IMG/VR virus record: IMGVR_UViG_3300025437_000009
Length of the DNA stretch: 64,000 nt
Source: a virus
Lineage: Duplodnaviria > Caudoviricetes
Reading direction: 5' to 3' (one strand)
Shown here: positions 11,637-21,470 of the stretch, piece after piece
How positions within the stretch are numbered: position 1 is the first letter of the stretch
Layout of the letters: each line of letters opens with the position of its first letter
The notes under the pieces: model-generated
What the model was told of the DNA's origin: nothing
The model's input: only the letters and a program-made list of their open reading frames with translations
The model's database searches: none
Program-made: the position numbers and the translations under genes

Positions 11637-12655
11637 CTGTTGTTCTCCAATGTCCATAATGTCATTTCTTTAATGCGTTCGCTTAGTTTAATCTTAGGTT
11701 CCCACCCCAATGACTTTAACAATCCGCCATCTAAGGCATAGCGTAAGTCATGTCCAGGACGTGATCCGTGGAAGTCAACCATTTCGTAATTAAGTTCTTT
11801 ACCTTGTGCTTCAGCAATCATCTTAGCTAAACTCAAATTATCAATTTCTTCTGTACCTACCAAGTTAAACTTAGGACAGTGAGCCCAACCGTAGTCACCT
11901 GTGTGTTTGTAGTCTTTTAAGTTAAGAATAAACATTAGGCCTTCGGCTACGTCTTTAGCATGGATATACATACGTGTGCCAGCTTCTGTGCAGTCTGCGT
12001 TGGCATGGATATAAATCTTTTCACCATCTCTAGCACGTTGAATACACATGGGAATAAATTTCTCTGGATGCTGACGCTCACCAAACACGTTCATAGTATG
12101 TGTAACAACAATTGGCATTTTGTAAGTATTTTCATAAGCTACGCAAAACTCTTCTGCTGCCGCTTTTGATGCTGAGTATGGATTTGTTGAATTGTAACGA
12201 TCGTATTCTTTGTAGCTAACTCCTGGAGGAGCAACACCAAAGATCTCGTCTGTTGAGAAATACACAAAGCGTTCTAAGTTAGGCAAGTTCTTACGTGCAT
12301 AGTCTAACATATTAACTGTGCCAACTACGTTATCCTGCACAAACTCAAACGGATATTGAATTGAACGATCTACGTGTGATCCTGCGGCCAAATGTAGAAC
12401 AATATCAACAGGACCAATGTCCTTGACAATCATTTCATTCAGTTCTGCTTTTAAATCATGGAATACAATACGCAAACGTTCAGCTACCATTTTAGGATCG
12501 TGATCCTGTAGCATATCGTGTAAGCGATTCAAGTTACCACTAATATCTAATCGGTCCAGACATACAATATTGTAGTCGGTTTCTTTGAGCATCTTATCGA
12601 TTACATGGTGTGCGATGAAACCAGCACCGCCTGTTATCAGTACATTTTTTGACAT
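11621..12655 (-). CDS. rmlB: dTDP-glucose 4,6-dehydratase (RmlB-like)
   Basis: GGAGFIA, HLAAGSHVDRSI, STDEIFG, YSASK, RPGHDLRYA. Confidence 0.88.
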   Translation of the reverse strand: MSKNVLITGGAGFIAHHVIDKMLKETDYNIVCLDRLDISGNLNRLHDMLQDHDPKMVAERLRIVFHDLKAELNEMIVKDIGPVDIVLHLAAGSHVDRSIQYPFEFVQDNVVGTVNMLDYARKNLPNLERFVYFSTDEIFGVAPPGVSYKEYDRYNSTNPYSASKAAAEEFCVAYENTYKMPIVVTHTMNVFGERQHPEKFIPMCIQRARDGEKIYIHANADCTEAGTRMYIHAKDVAEGLMFILNLKDYKHTGDYGWAHCPKFNLVGTEEIDNLSLAKMIAEAQGKELNYEMVDFHGSRPGHDLRYALDGGLLKSLGWEPKIKLSERIKEMTLWTLENNRWLSK

Positions 12656-12731
12656 TTATTATTCACCTAAGTTATTTGATAGCAGTATTTACCTGCGTAT
12701 TTTGTTGTTAATTATAAAACAATATCAACTA

Positions 12732-13187
12732 TTAGTCAATGATTGATTTAATTTTTTCTACATAGTCGCTACATATTCCGTAGCAGGAAGCCGATTTAAT
12801 ATTGGCAAATTCTGGATCCGACCATTCTGGCATCAACATAATGCTACGTTTGGATAAAGGTTTATCGGGATAAGTCCAAATGTATTGATGACTAGTCAGA
12901 GTCTGTGTGTCAGACTCGTGCCAAAAGTAGTTTAAAGGTGTGTTGGTTAGATAGTATAGTGCCGCTAGATTTTTGGCATGTATCCATAGACCGTCGCTAG
13001 AAATAAATTCGTATTCTACATTATAAGTAGGAGCATCATGCCCTAAAAAGAATCCGCCATCCGATTTATACCAAAGATCAATTTCGCAGTCATATCCCTT
13101 GGATAATGCTAATTTAATTTGCTCAGGGCGATTTTCTAAATTACTATCAGGACCATTAAACAATCCGCGATGTGCTATCAATTTCAT
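12732..13187 (-). CDS. glycerophosphodiester phosphodiesterase-like protein
   Basis: MKLIAHRGL...EN...EIDLW...LGHD. Confidence 0.7.
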   Translation of the reverse strand: MKLIAHRGLFNGPDSNLENRPEQIKLALSKGYDCEIDLWYKSDGGFFLGHDAPTYNVEYEFISSDGLWIHAKNLAALYYLTNTPLNYFWHESDTQTLTSHQYIWTYPDKPLSKRSIMLMPEWSDPEFANIKSASCYGICSDYVEKIKSIID

Positions 13188-13867
13188 TGGTGATCCATTC
13201 TCCAACGACCCCGGTATTCACCTTTATTCCATTGTGGCTCTACTATAAATGGCAAGCACTCATAGTCTATGCCCGTAACTTTAAAATACTTTTCCAGGCT
13301 TTCTTCTGGATGTATAAACTCAAATGTATCTGCTAAGTGATCTAGGTAATCCCAGTAACCCACAAAACGTTCATACATTTCTGGACTACCAAATAAAAAA
13401 TTATCAGCAAAGTTTTGAGCATTGATCATTTTAGTTTTAACTTTTTCAGCATAGTCACGTAGGTCAACTTCACCACGTGGTACCATGTCTGTACGCATAC
13501 GGAACACCATATCGTACTGTTCACCTGTTTCAGCCACATACTCTTTAAATAAGCGATGACTTTCCACAATTCCCCACCACATGGTAAGAAAGTTAGGTGC
13601 CCAGTGTGCTATCTGTAGAGGCCTACGTGGAGGATGTGCATACTGTGGTCCATCCTCTAGGACCTGCACTACTTTAAATTGACAAGTGTCTGGAATACCC
13701 TCACTACGCAAATAGTTTACAAACTGATCAGCATTTAGGCCAAATTCACTACGCCATGTGCGTATAAAAAAGTCCGCTTGGTCAAATCCTTTGAGAGCGT
13801 CAACCAGTCTAAATAGTCCACGATGTTCGAATCTTGGACCACCGCTTAAACAAAATGCTATCTTCAT
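13184..13867 (-). CDS. hypothetical protein, glycosyltransferase-like
   Basis: MKIAFCLSGGPR, YDMVFRMRTD. Confidence 0.6.
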   Translation of the reverse strand: MKIAFCLSGGPRFEHRGLFRLVDALKGFDQADFFIRTWRSEFGLNADQFVNYLRSEGIPDTCQFKVVQVLEDGPQYAHPPRRPLQIAHWAPNFLTMWWGIVESHRLFKEYVAETGEQYDMVFRMRTDMVPRGEVDLRDYAEKVKTKMINAQNFADNFLFGSPEMYERFVGYWDYLDHLADTFEFIHPEESLEKYFKVTGIDYECLPFIVEPQWNKGEYRGRWRMDHQ

Positions 13868-14424
13868 AAATTCTTTCCCCAACCTAGACCGTTTCTCATA
13901 AAATTATTACCAAACATTTCATTTACTGCACGCACAACTCCTTCAGATCCACGAGTGTGACCATAATCGTCCCCAGCAATAGTACCGCCAGGTTTAACTT
14001 TAGGTAACCATGCTTTAATGTCAGCTAGTACACCTTCATACAAATGATCGCCATCAATGAATACAAAATCCAAACTAGCATCAGGGTATGTTGCGGCCGC
14101 ACTAACACTATCCATACGTACAGCACGATAATATCCCTCTACAGGTTTCATATTAGTAATGAATTCATCATATAGTGTATCATTAACTACACTGGTATCA
14201 GTTTGATGCAATTCTTCGTTTGGGGTACCACGCCAAGTATCAACACAATCAAATTTAATGTCTTTACCACTGTTGATAATCTCAACTGCCATGAATGCGG
14301 CGCTTTGTCCCCGCCAGGATCCTATTTCAACAAAGTGGCTTCCTGTAGGGAAGTATTCAACCATACCCTTGTAGATATCAAAAAAACTGCACCAGCCTTG
14401 TATATTTTGATAAAAATGATTCAC
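13864..14424 (-). CDS. class I SAM-dependent methyltransferase
   Basis: FVEIGSWRGQS, FVFIDGDH, VKPGGTIAGDDY. Confidence 0.85.
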   Translation of the reverse strand: MNHFYQNIQGWCSFFDIYKGMVEYFPTGSHFVEIGSWRGQSAAFMAVEIINSGKDIKFDCVDTWRGTPNEELHQTDTSVVNDTLYDEFITNMKPVEGYYRAVRMDSVSAAATYPDASLDFVFIDGDHLYEGVLADIKAWLPKVKPGGTIAGDDYGHTRGSEGVVRAVNEMFGNNFMRNGLGWGKNL

Positions 14425-15617
14425 TATTTAATCAAACCCCATTTAGCAATAGCTTGATCGTACTCAGGACCGTATGTCTTATCTATTGCTTGACGCATAG
14501 CTGTGGCTCCCGCTACTGTACCGCCTGGATGTCCGTGTACTGCTCCGCCTGCGTTGGCTAGATAATCTTGGCCAGCAATTTCTGTAACTTTTTCTACCAG
14601 GCCGGGATGGAATCCACAGCTTAGAGCAGGAACAGTATTACCTGCACGTAGAATATCTAGACATTCTTTAATCTCTTCTGGGTCATCATTGCTATATCCG
14701 CCAACCATGCCTGTTTGTATAGTGTCGGCGCCCATCAGAGTAGCTAGCTGACACATAACTGGCCAACTGATACTAAAGCGATGATTAACATCTGTGGTAA
14801 CTTTGGCACCAGAACTTTGATAGTGCAAGTACAATGGCAAATCTAATTTGCGAATACTGTTATAACTACCATAGCCAGAGAATACATTGATATGCACACC
14901 TGTTCCGCCTAACTCATGCACACGCTTAACACGATCGACTAACACATGCGGGTCGCAGTTAATAGTATGGCAAAATACGATCTTACGTGATTGTTTTGCT
15001 AGATAGTTAGCAATAATATCTACACGACGATCCAATGGCGCACACGCAGGATTAACCATGATTTCATCTTCTTTGATAAAATCGACCCCACCGTCAACCA
15101 TCTGTTTGACCATCTCTAATAATACTTCAGGAGTAATACCAATCTTAGGTTTTACAATACTACCAAACAAAGGTTTTCCGTATTGGCCGGTTAATGCTCT
15201 AAATCCTGTGATACCAAACTTGGGTCCTAAGAAATGCTGTGTAACTGTTTCAGGAAGTTCTAATTTAATTAATCGGCAACTGTTAAAACAATCGATATCA
15301 ACGTGTCCGCCCATGAGCTGGCATAACATATGAGCGACCCCGTCTGTTGCCCAGTCTGTGTTAGCCACAGGGAAAGCAATTTCTACGTTGCCCCATACAC
15401 GATTTTCAAGGTCTTTTTTATCACCTAGGATGATACAACTGTGATTTTCAAATAGGTCATCTGTTTCCCACTCATTGCGTACACTGGGATTTCCTACGCT
15501 TTGCCCGATAGCTAAATTCCATGCGGCGTCATCTAAGCTAGTCTTACTAGTAATTTTATATGTTGCTATGTAATACTTAGATAAATCTATTTCACTGCGG
15601 TCACGGTAAAACTTCAT
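14424..15617 (-). CDS. RuBisCO-like protein (form IV, RLP)
   Basis: GSIVKPKIG, DFIKEDE, LSCGFHPG, AGGAVHGHPGG..AGATAMRQA. Start moved to ATG 15617 (GGAG RBS). Confidence 0.9.
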   Translation of the reverse strand: MKFYRDRSEIDLSKYYIATYKITSKTSLDDAAWNLAIGQSVGNPSVRNEWETDDLFENHSCIILGDKKDLENRVWGNVEIAFPVANTDWATDGVAHMLCQLMGGHVDIDCFNSCRLIKLELPETVTQHFLGPKFGITGFRALTGQYGKPLFGSIVKPKIGITPEVLLEMVKQMVDGGVDFIKEDEIMVNPACAPLDRRVDIIANYLAKQSRKIVFCHTINCDPHVLVDRVKRVHELGGTGVHINVFSGYGSYNSIRKLDLPLYLHYQSSGAKVTTDVNHRFSISWPVMCQLATLMGADTIQTGMVGGYSNDDPEEIKECLDILRAGNTVPALSCGFHPGLVEKVTEIAGQDYLANAGGAVHGHPGGTVAGATAMRQAIDKTYGPEYDQAIAKWGLIK

Positions 15618-15927
15618 ACTTGTCTCCAATAATACTTGGTCGTTTAACGACACAAACTCTACAATCCTCTAAGAACTCTGGGTCAGCAACGTCACCAGGT
15701 TCAAACCAAAATATATCGCCGGCTTCTACAATCTCCCCAGCAATACGCATACGTCCGTCTAATAATACATTGTATTCTGTAGCGTGTTTATGATAGTGTG
15801 CAGGCCACGCTTCGCCTTTACGATGTGTAAGTATGCCTACTTCAAATAAGGGAGTACGCATAACAGAGGGTTCAAAGTCGCCAATGAACCAACCACGTGT
15901 CATATCAGAAAGTTTTGCTGTTTTCAT
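15601..15927 (-). CDS. cupin-domain protein
   Basis: HYHKHATEYNVLLDG...GDIFWFEPG. Confidence 0.7.
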   Translation of the reverse strand: MKTAKLSDMTRGWFIGDFEPSVMRTPLFEVGILTHRKGEAWPAHYHKHATEYNVLLDGRMRIAGEIVEAGDIFWFEPGDVADPEFLEDCRVCVVKRPSIIGDKYEVLP

Positions 15928-16627
15928 ATCTTAAAAATTCATCTAAGTCATCAGGCACGCCTACGGGATGATGGAACTGATTGGGTATATGATAAATGCC
16001 CACAGTCCGTCCCTGTGCTATCATATGATTATAACTTGGTCCTATGTAAAACTCCCCATTAGGTGCTCGATCGTTTGCTGCAATCATTGCTTCTGCGGCC
16101 TCTACAAAGTAGCGACCTTTCTTCCAGTAATGAATGCCATTTAATGATATATTACTTATCACTTGCTTTTCGCGGATCTCCCGCACAAGGCCTTCTTTGT
16201 TTACACGAGCATAACTGTTTTTATCTGTATCTGCATGATAGGTAACTACAGCACCATCATAGTGACGGACATAATCTAAAAATCTATCGCTAGTCCATTC
16301 CATGATTTGATCACAGTTAGCAATAATTAGTTCTTCATCTGTGTTAATATCGTCTTTGAATAACAAGGCTGTGCTTGCAGGACCTTCTGTTACATAGTCA
16401 ATGGCCAAATAACGGCTGTTGGGCTTGAATGATTCAATCATAGCCAAGACGCCTTCAGTATGCTCGTCTTTGCGAACAATAAAGTGCCACTGTCCATCTA
16501 TATCCAAACTTTCTACAGCACGCTGGATCATTGGTCGACCGTTGATGTCAATAAGTGGTTTGGGAATTAAAATGCGTTTTTCAGCAAATCGGCTACCGCG
16601 ACCCGCCATTGGGATAATTATATTCAT
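15905..16627 (-). CDS. nucleotidyltransferase (NTP_transferase family)
   Basis: IIIPMAGRGSRF...PKPLIDING, IIANCDQ. Confidence 0.85.
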   Translation of the reverse strand: MNIIIPMAGRGSRFAEKRILIPKPLIDINGRPMIQRAVESLDIDGQWHFIVRKDEHTEGVLAMIESFKPNSRYLAIDYVTEGPASTALLFKDDINTDEELIIANCDQIMEWTSDRFLDYVRHYDGAVVTYHADTDKNSYARVNKEGLVREIREKQVISNISLNGIHYWKKGRYFVEAAEAMIAANDRAPNGEFYIGPSYNHMIAQGRTVGIYHIPNQFHHPVGVPDDLDEFLRYENSKTF

Positions 16628-17490
16628 TTATAAGGAAAAGGTGGTAATAAATTGTAAATGTTTTCTTCAGGATTGTCAAGTATATTCTTTTGATATCGGT
16701 CTAGATTAGCTAATAATGTACGTGGGAAGTAGTCGTTGATTTCTACAATTTTATATTCATTGCCAGAGTTACGATTCCACTCTTTGCGTTCTTGAATACT
16801 TTTATCAACGTCGATGTGGGCTAAAAATTCCGGAGTATTACTTTCAGTGTGTGCAAAACTCTGGGCCTTGTTCTTTAACCATTCGTTATCGCCCATATAA
16901 CCAAAATGCCAGCCTGCATGCTCTAGTACTTCACAGCCGTCATTTTTAAATTGATATGGAGCCGACATAAACTGAAATCTCAATTGACGAAATGGATCGG
17001 GCTGTATAGTGTCAAATAAACTCCGACGTCCGGCCATTCCCCAAACTTGATATGGGTCTGGTGCTGTACGCACATAATTAAATTTAAAATTGTGCAGAGT
17101 CATACGTAGAGCAAACAGAGCTTGATTGCTGTCGCGCATATATTCCACTGCTTCTTGACGTACAATCTCATCTAGGTCGCAGACCATAATCAGGTCATCG
17201 GGTGCAGCATCCGCTATACCGCGAGCAATTTGGTTACGTTGAAATATGTCATTAACCCAAGCATCTGGATCCCTTGGCATGTCGGTGACTTTGACGTGAA
17301 TAATCTTATCAGCCCATTGTGCATAGCGAGCTTTATTTTCTTCGTAATAAAAAGGTTTTGGTTGACTAGTATATGTAGTGTCCGCTTCTACGAGCACAAA
17401 GTGGTCGACAAAGTCCGATAATTCTGTTAATCTTAGTTCAAGTAGGTCAAGTTCGTTGTAGAATGTAAAACAGTCGTAGATTTTGTTCAT
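16624..17490 (-). CDS. glycosyltransferase family 17-like
   Basis: DCFTFYNELDLLELRL, VCDLDEI, AGWHFGY. Confidence 0.8.
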   Translation of the reverse strand: MNKIYDCFTFYNELDLLELRLTELSDFVDHFVLVEADTTYTSQPKPFYYEENKARYAQWADKIIHVKVTDMPRDPDAWVNDIFQRNQIARGIADAAPDDLIMVCDLDEIVRQEAVEYMRDSNQALFALRMTLHNFKFNYVRTAPDPYQVWGMAGRRSLFDTIQPDPFRQLRFQFMSAPYQFKNDGCEVLEHAGWHFGYMGDNEWLKNKAQSFAHTESNTPEFLAHIDVDKSIQERKEWNRNSGNEYKIVEINDYFPRTLLANLDRYQKNILDNPEENIYNLLPPFPYK

Positions 17491-17540
17491 AGCTGTATTT
17501 AAGCATATAAATACCTTACTGTCAAATTTTTAAAAAATCA

Positions 17541-18467
17541 ATGAAAAAAATTCTAATAACTGGTGGTGCTGGCTTTTTGGGTAGCCACCTAAGTAGTTCA
17601 CTATTAACTCAGGGCAATCAAGTATACTGTTTAGATAACTTTTGTACTGGTCGCCGAAGCAACATAACTTCCTTACTAGACAATCCAAATTTTGAATTGA
17701 TCAGGCACGACGTTACCGAACCATTTGATTTTGATGTAGATGAAATTTATAACTTAGCCTGTCCTGCCAGTCCGCCACAGTATCAGTTCGATCCAGTTAA
17801 GACTATACGTACTAATATGTTAGGTGCCATCAACGTTTTAGATCTAGCACGTCGTACTGGAGCTCGGGTACTACAGGCCAGCACATCAGAAATATATGGC
17901 GACCCAGAAGTTCATCCGCAACCAGAATCATATTGGGGTCGAGTAAACCCAATTGGTATTCGTAGTTGCTATGACGAAGGCAAACGTGCCGCAGAAACAT
18001 TATTCTTTGACTACTGGCGTCAATATCATACTCGTATCAAAGTAGTACGCATATTCAATACCTATGGACCCAATATGGATCCATCAGACGGGCGGGTAGT
18101 CAGTAACTTTATTAATCAGGCTATACGCAATGAACCAATTACCATTTATGGTGATGGTAGCCAAACTCGTAGTTTTTGCTTTGTATCTGACTTAATTGAT
18201 GTTATAATCAAAGTCATGGCTAGTCCAGACACATTTACGGGTCCAGTTAATATTGGCAATCCTAGAGAATTTACTATGTCAGAGTTGGCTCAACTAGTAA
18301 TTAAAATTACTGGATCTACTAGTGAAATAGTTTACCGAGATTTGCCCAGTGATGACCCTAAACAGCGGCAACCAGATATTACCTTAGCCAAAACTTTGGG
18401 CTGGGCTCCAACTGTAAGTTTAGAGCAGGGCCTAGAAAAAACAATAGAATATTTTAAAGGAATTTAA
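17541..18467 (+). CDS. UDP-glucuronate decarboxylase (UDP-xylose synthase) family
   Basis: [58 protein letters not shown] at 17507-17514. Confidence 0.9.
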   Translation: MKKILITGGAGFLGSHLSSSLLTQGNQVYCLDNFCTGRRSNITSLLDNPNFELIRHDVTEPFDFDVDEIYNLACPASPPQYQFDPVKTIRTNMLGAINVLDLARRTGARVLQASTSEIYGDPEVHPQPESYWGRVNPIGIRSCYDEGKRAAETLFFDYWRQYHTRIKVVRIFNTYGPNMDPSDGRVVSNFINQAIRNEPITIYGDGSQTRSFCFVSDLIDVIIKVMASPDTFTGPVNIGNPREFTMSELAQLVIKITGSTSEIVYRDLPSDDPKQRQPDITLAKTLGWAPTVSLEQGLEKTIEYFKGI

Positions 18468-18468
18468 C

Positions 18469-19134
18469 ATGTACGCAGTTGCTAGCATGAGTACCGAAAA
18501 CATCAAAGAGTTTGCTGATATTACAGATGCATCAAAAAAAGAATACTGTGACAAGCATGGCTACCTATTTTTTCCTTGCAAAGAAGATACATTTACCTTA
18601 GTTACAGAACCATACACTCCATACATGAATTTTAATAAAATGTATGTGTGTTTAGATATTTTTCGAGATCATCCAGAAATTGAATGGCTCCTGTTCAGCG
18701 AATGCGATGCAATGATCACTAACAGTGATATTAAAATAGAAGACCGTATCGACAACGATTATCATTTTATTATTTCTAGCGATAGATTAAACATCAACGC
18801 TGGTAACTTCTTAATACGTAACAGCGAACAGGGTCGTGCTTATTTTGAAATGATCCTTAGTCACAAAGATGAACCCGAATACCGAGATCATCGCTGGACC
18901 GAACAATGGGTTATTATCAATACTATTGAAGAAAATTTGGATATTGTTAAAATTGTTCCACAGTGGCATATGAACAGTTATCAAACCGAACTGTACGACT
19001 ATTGCGATACCAGCAAGGACTTGTTTGGTAATCGTGGTACATGGGAAGATGGTGATTGGATTATACATTGGCCAGGTTTATACGATCACACTCGTATTCC
19101 TGCTGCTCGTAAAATGGCTGAACGTAGAGTATGA
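18469..19134 (+). CDS. glycosyltransferase, GT34-like
   Basis: WLLFSECDAMITN, NAGNFLIRNS, EQ, GDWIIHWPG. Confidence 0.7.
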   Translation: MYAVASMSTENIKEFADITDASKKEYCDKHGYLFFPCKEDTFTLVTEPYTPYMNFNKMYVCLDIFRDHPEIEWLLFSECDAMITNSDIKIEDRIDNDYHFIISSDRLNINAGNFLIRNSEQGRAYFEMILSHKDEPEYRDHRWTEQWVIINTIEENLDIVKIVPQWHMNSYQTELYDYCDTSKDLFGNRGTWEDGDWIIHWPGLYDHTRIPAARKMAERRV

Positions 19135-19934
19135 AACCTAGTATTTTAATCACCGGCGGTTATGGTTTTATGGGTTCGCACCTACGCGAATACTATAAGG
19201 AAAACTATACTGTGTATGCTCCTCGTCACAGTGAACTAGAACTAACAGATTTAGCCGCAGTAACTAAGTTCTTTGACGACTATAAGATTGATGTTGTTAT
19301 ACATACTGCACTAGCAGGACGTGACAATATCTATGGGGTGAACAATGTACAAGAACAGCAAAATATTGCTATGTTTATGAACATATGGCGCAACCGTCAT
19401 AAGTTTACTAAATTCATTAATGCAGGAACAGGCAACGAATTTGATACCACAACCAATATTGATCGAGCACCCGAAGAAATGCTGTTTGATCGAATGCCAG
19501 TAGCTAGTTATGCGTTTGCTAAAAATATTGTAGCCCGTACTTGTAAGACTACAGAAAACTTTTACAACTTAAGATTTTTTGGAGTGTTTCATCATAGTGA
19601 AAAACCTGTTAGGTTCTTTCGCAGAGCTTACAATGCTGTAAACCCAATACATATCTTCCACGATCACTATTTTGATTATGTGAACTTAGAAGATGTACCC
19701 GTTATCATTGATACAGTTATCAATAATAAAATGCCCTACGATGATATTAATGTAGCTTATGACTCTAAGTATAAGCAAAGTGAATTGGCCCGGAACTTCT
19801 TGGCCTTGCATGGGAAAGATACAGAAGTAATCGTAGATGCCCAGGGTGAAAACAATTTCACCGGGGACACTACACGACTACAAAGTTTGAATTTAAAACT
19901 AAAGGGATTAGAAGAAGGTTGGAAACTTTACTGA
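19131..19934 (+). CDS. NAD-dependent epimerase/reductase (SDR extended)
   Basis: ILITGGYGFMG, YAFAK (YxxxK). Confidence 0.8.
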   Translation: MKPSILITGGYGFMGSHLREYYKENYTVYAPRHSELELTDLAAVTKFFDDYKIDVVIHTALAGRDNIYGVNNVQEQQNIAMFMNIWRNRHKFTKFINAGTGNEFDTTTNIDRAPEEMLFDRMPVASYAFAKNIVARTCKTTENFYNLRFFGVFHHSEKPVRFFRRAYNAVNPIHIFHDHYFDYVNLEDVPVIIDTVINNKMPYDDINVAYDSKYKQSELARNFLALHGKDTEVIVDAQGENNFTGDTTRLQSLNLKLKGLEEGWKLY

Positions 19935-20099
19935 TTACTCAGCGGTTTCTTCTTTGCTTACTCGCTCACCGAGATATTGTTTAACAACACGAACTAGTTT
20001 ACGTTCAGTATCGTAGACATATTCTTTAGCTTCCATTTCAGTATTAACTACCAAAATAAAACCATTTGCCGCACGACGGATTTCTAATGATTCAAACAT
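19935..20099 (-). CDS. small hypothetical protein (54 aa)
   Basis: Read manually: MFESLEIRRAANGFILVV..., GGAG RBS, promoter upstream. Confidence 0.7.
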   Translation of the reverse strand: MFESLEIRRAANGFILVVNTEMEAKEYVYDTERKLVRVVKQYLGERVSKEETAE

Positions 20100-20122
20100 T
20101 TACGACTCCAATTAGGGGTTTA

Positions 20123-20151
20123 ACTAGTAGCTAGTATACACTAATCACAGA
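20123..20151 (-). promoter_or_regulatory. sigma70-type promoter
   Basis: TTGACT-17-TATACT. Confidence 0.75.
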
Positions 20152-20157
20152 TTAAAG

Positions 20158-20592
20158 TCAATCAAGTTTGATGACTTCGACTCCGGATCGGGTAAGGAAA
20201 TCCACTCCCTCACTGCTCCGATAGCTATTTCGATAGATAACACTACCAATGCCAGACTGGTATACCAATTTGGCGCAATCAAGGCAAGGACTATGGGTAA
20301 TAAACATAGTGGCACCGAGACCCGAATCACTGCTTTTCGCCAGCTTTGCAATGGCGTTAGTTTCTGCGTGGAGCACTTCTGGTTTTGTTTTGAGTTCATG
20401 ATGTCCGTCTTCTCTCAGTTCTACTATTTCTTCACAATCGTTTTCCCAACCTGCAGGCATACCATTGTATCCAATTGAGATAATGCGATCATCTTTGACA
20501 ATGATAGCACCCACATGCAGTCTACGTGCATGACTAAGTTCCGCAAATATTTCTGCGGTTTTCATGTATGCTTGAACTAGCTTTGGCTTCAC
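20158..20592 (-). CDS. dCMP deaminase
   Basis: SIGYNG, HAETNAI, SPCLDC. Confidence 0.92.
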   Translation of the reverse strand: MKPKLVQAYMKTAEIFAELSHARRLHVGAIIVKDDRIISIGYNGMPAGWENDCEEIVELREDGHHELKTKPEVLHAETNAIAKLAKSSDSGLGATMFITHSPCLDCAKLVYQSGIGSVIYRNSYRSSEGVDFLTRSGVEVIKLD

Positions 20593-20765
20593 CGACCACG
20601 TCCTGCTGATTTTTTTGCTGGTTTGTTTGTGCTGACTTGACCACCGTGTTTGGCGGCTTGCACTTGTGCCGTAGTTTTAGTAGGCACTTTGGGATTGGCC
20701 GCTACTGCTTTTGCAGCATTGGCCATATTGATAAATGGGTTTGGGGATTTTTTTTGTTCAGTCAT
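20589..20765 (-). CDS. small basic hypothetical protein (58 aa)
   Basis: Read manually: MTEQKKSPNPFINMA...SAGRGR. Coupled to both neighbours by overlapping stop/start codons. Confidence 0.65.
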   Translation of the reverse strand: MTEQKKSPNPFINMANAAKAVAANPKVPTKTTAQVQAAKHGGQVSTNKPAKKSAGRGR

Positions 20766-21307
20766 TATTCGCTTAATATATTTCCAAAATCGTATTGTAT
20801 TCTAAGTCCGAGGTATTCTTGTATGCCACTACCATTGGTATTTTTCCAGGTATTGAGTAAACCGCAGGCACTCCATTTAGCAGTTTCATCACCAATCTTA
20901 CGGCAGGCTTCGCCGTACCAAAAATCTTTCATTTGGCTAAATGCTACACCTCTATCATTTACGTTATAATAATGGTTGGCTAAAGTCCACCCTACGTGAG
21001 TTGCCCAAAGATCGTTGTGCCAGAATTTCCAATCTAATACTGCGGCTTCAGACCAAAGTTCGGGAGTAGTATATTTTCCATTTATCCAGGTGTTTTGATC
21101 TCGGTAACTATTTCTATAAACTCGAGCACCAACAGAAACGTTGTCGATAAATTCATAGTTTAATGCAAGACCTGGATTAAAGTCATTTGCTTTATAATTG
21201 TTTTCTAGGTGCACACCCGCAACACCAATTTCTGCCCAAACATCACCTTGCTCTGCATAAGCTATCGGCGATGCAAGTAAAGCCAATACCAAAATAATTT
21301 TTTTCAC
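20765..21307 (-). CDS. secreted/outer-membrane beta-barrel-like protein
   Basis: Signal peptide (M)KKIILVLALLASPIAYA. Alternating aromatic strands FNPGLALNYEF and LGLRIQYDF. Confidence 0.55.
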   Translation of the reverse strand: MKKIILVLALLASPIAYAEQGDVWAEIGVAGVHLENNYKANDFNPGLALNYEFIDNVSVGARVYRNSYRDQNTWINGKYTTPELWSEAAVLDWKFWHNDLWATHVGWTLANHYYNVNDRGVAFSQMKDFWYGEACRKIGDETAKWSACGLLNTWKNTNGSGIQEYLGLRIQYDFGNILSE

Positions 21308-21337
21308 GGTTTTACCCAAAAAGTTGTTAGAGTAGTT

Positions 21338-21366
21338 ATTGTATAATATCGACAGTTATTTGTCAA
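21338..21366 (-). promoter_or_regulatory. sigma70-type promoter
   Basis: TTGACA-17-TACAAT. Confidence 0.75.
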
Positions 21367-21374
21367 GAAATTTG

Positions 21375-21450
21375 TGGTGCCCTCTGTCGGATTCGAACTG
21401 ACCACCTACTGATTACAAATCAGTTGCTCTACCTAATGAGCTAAGAGGGC
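21375..21450 (-). tRNA. tRNA-Thr(UGU)
   Basis: Cloverleaf, anticodon loop TTTGTAA, encoded CCA. Confidence 0.95.
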
Positions 21451-21470
21451 ATAATACTATATTTAATACT

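Noticed and set aside
14424-15617. CO2-fixing RuBisCO as an auxiliary metabolic gene
   Set aside because: Equivalents of H294, R295, H327 and K334 are substituted, and no small subunit or PRK is present in the window.
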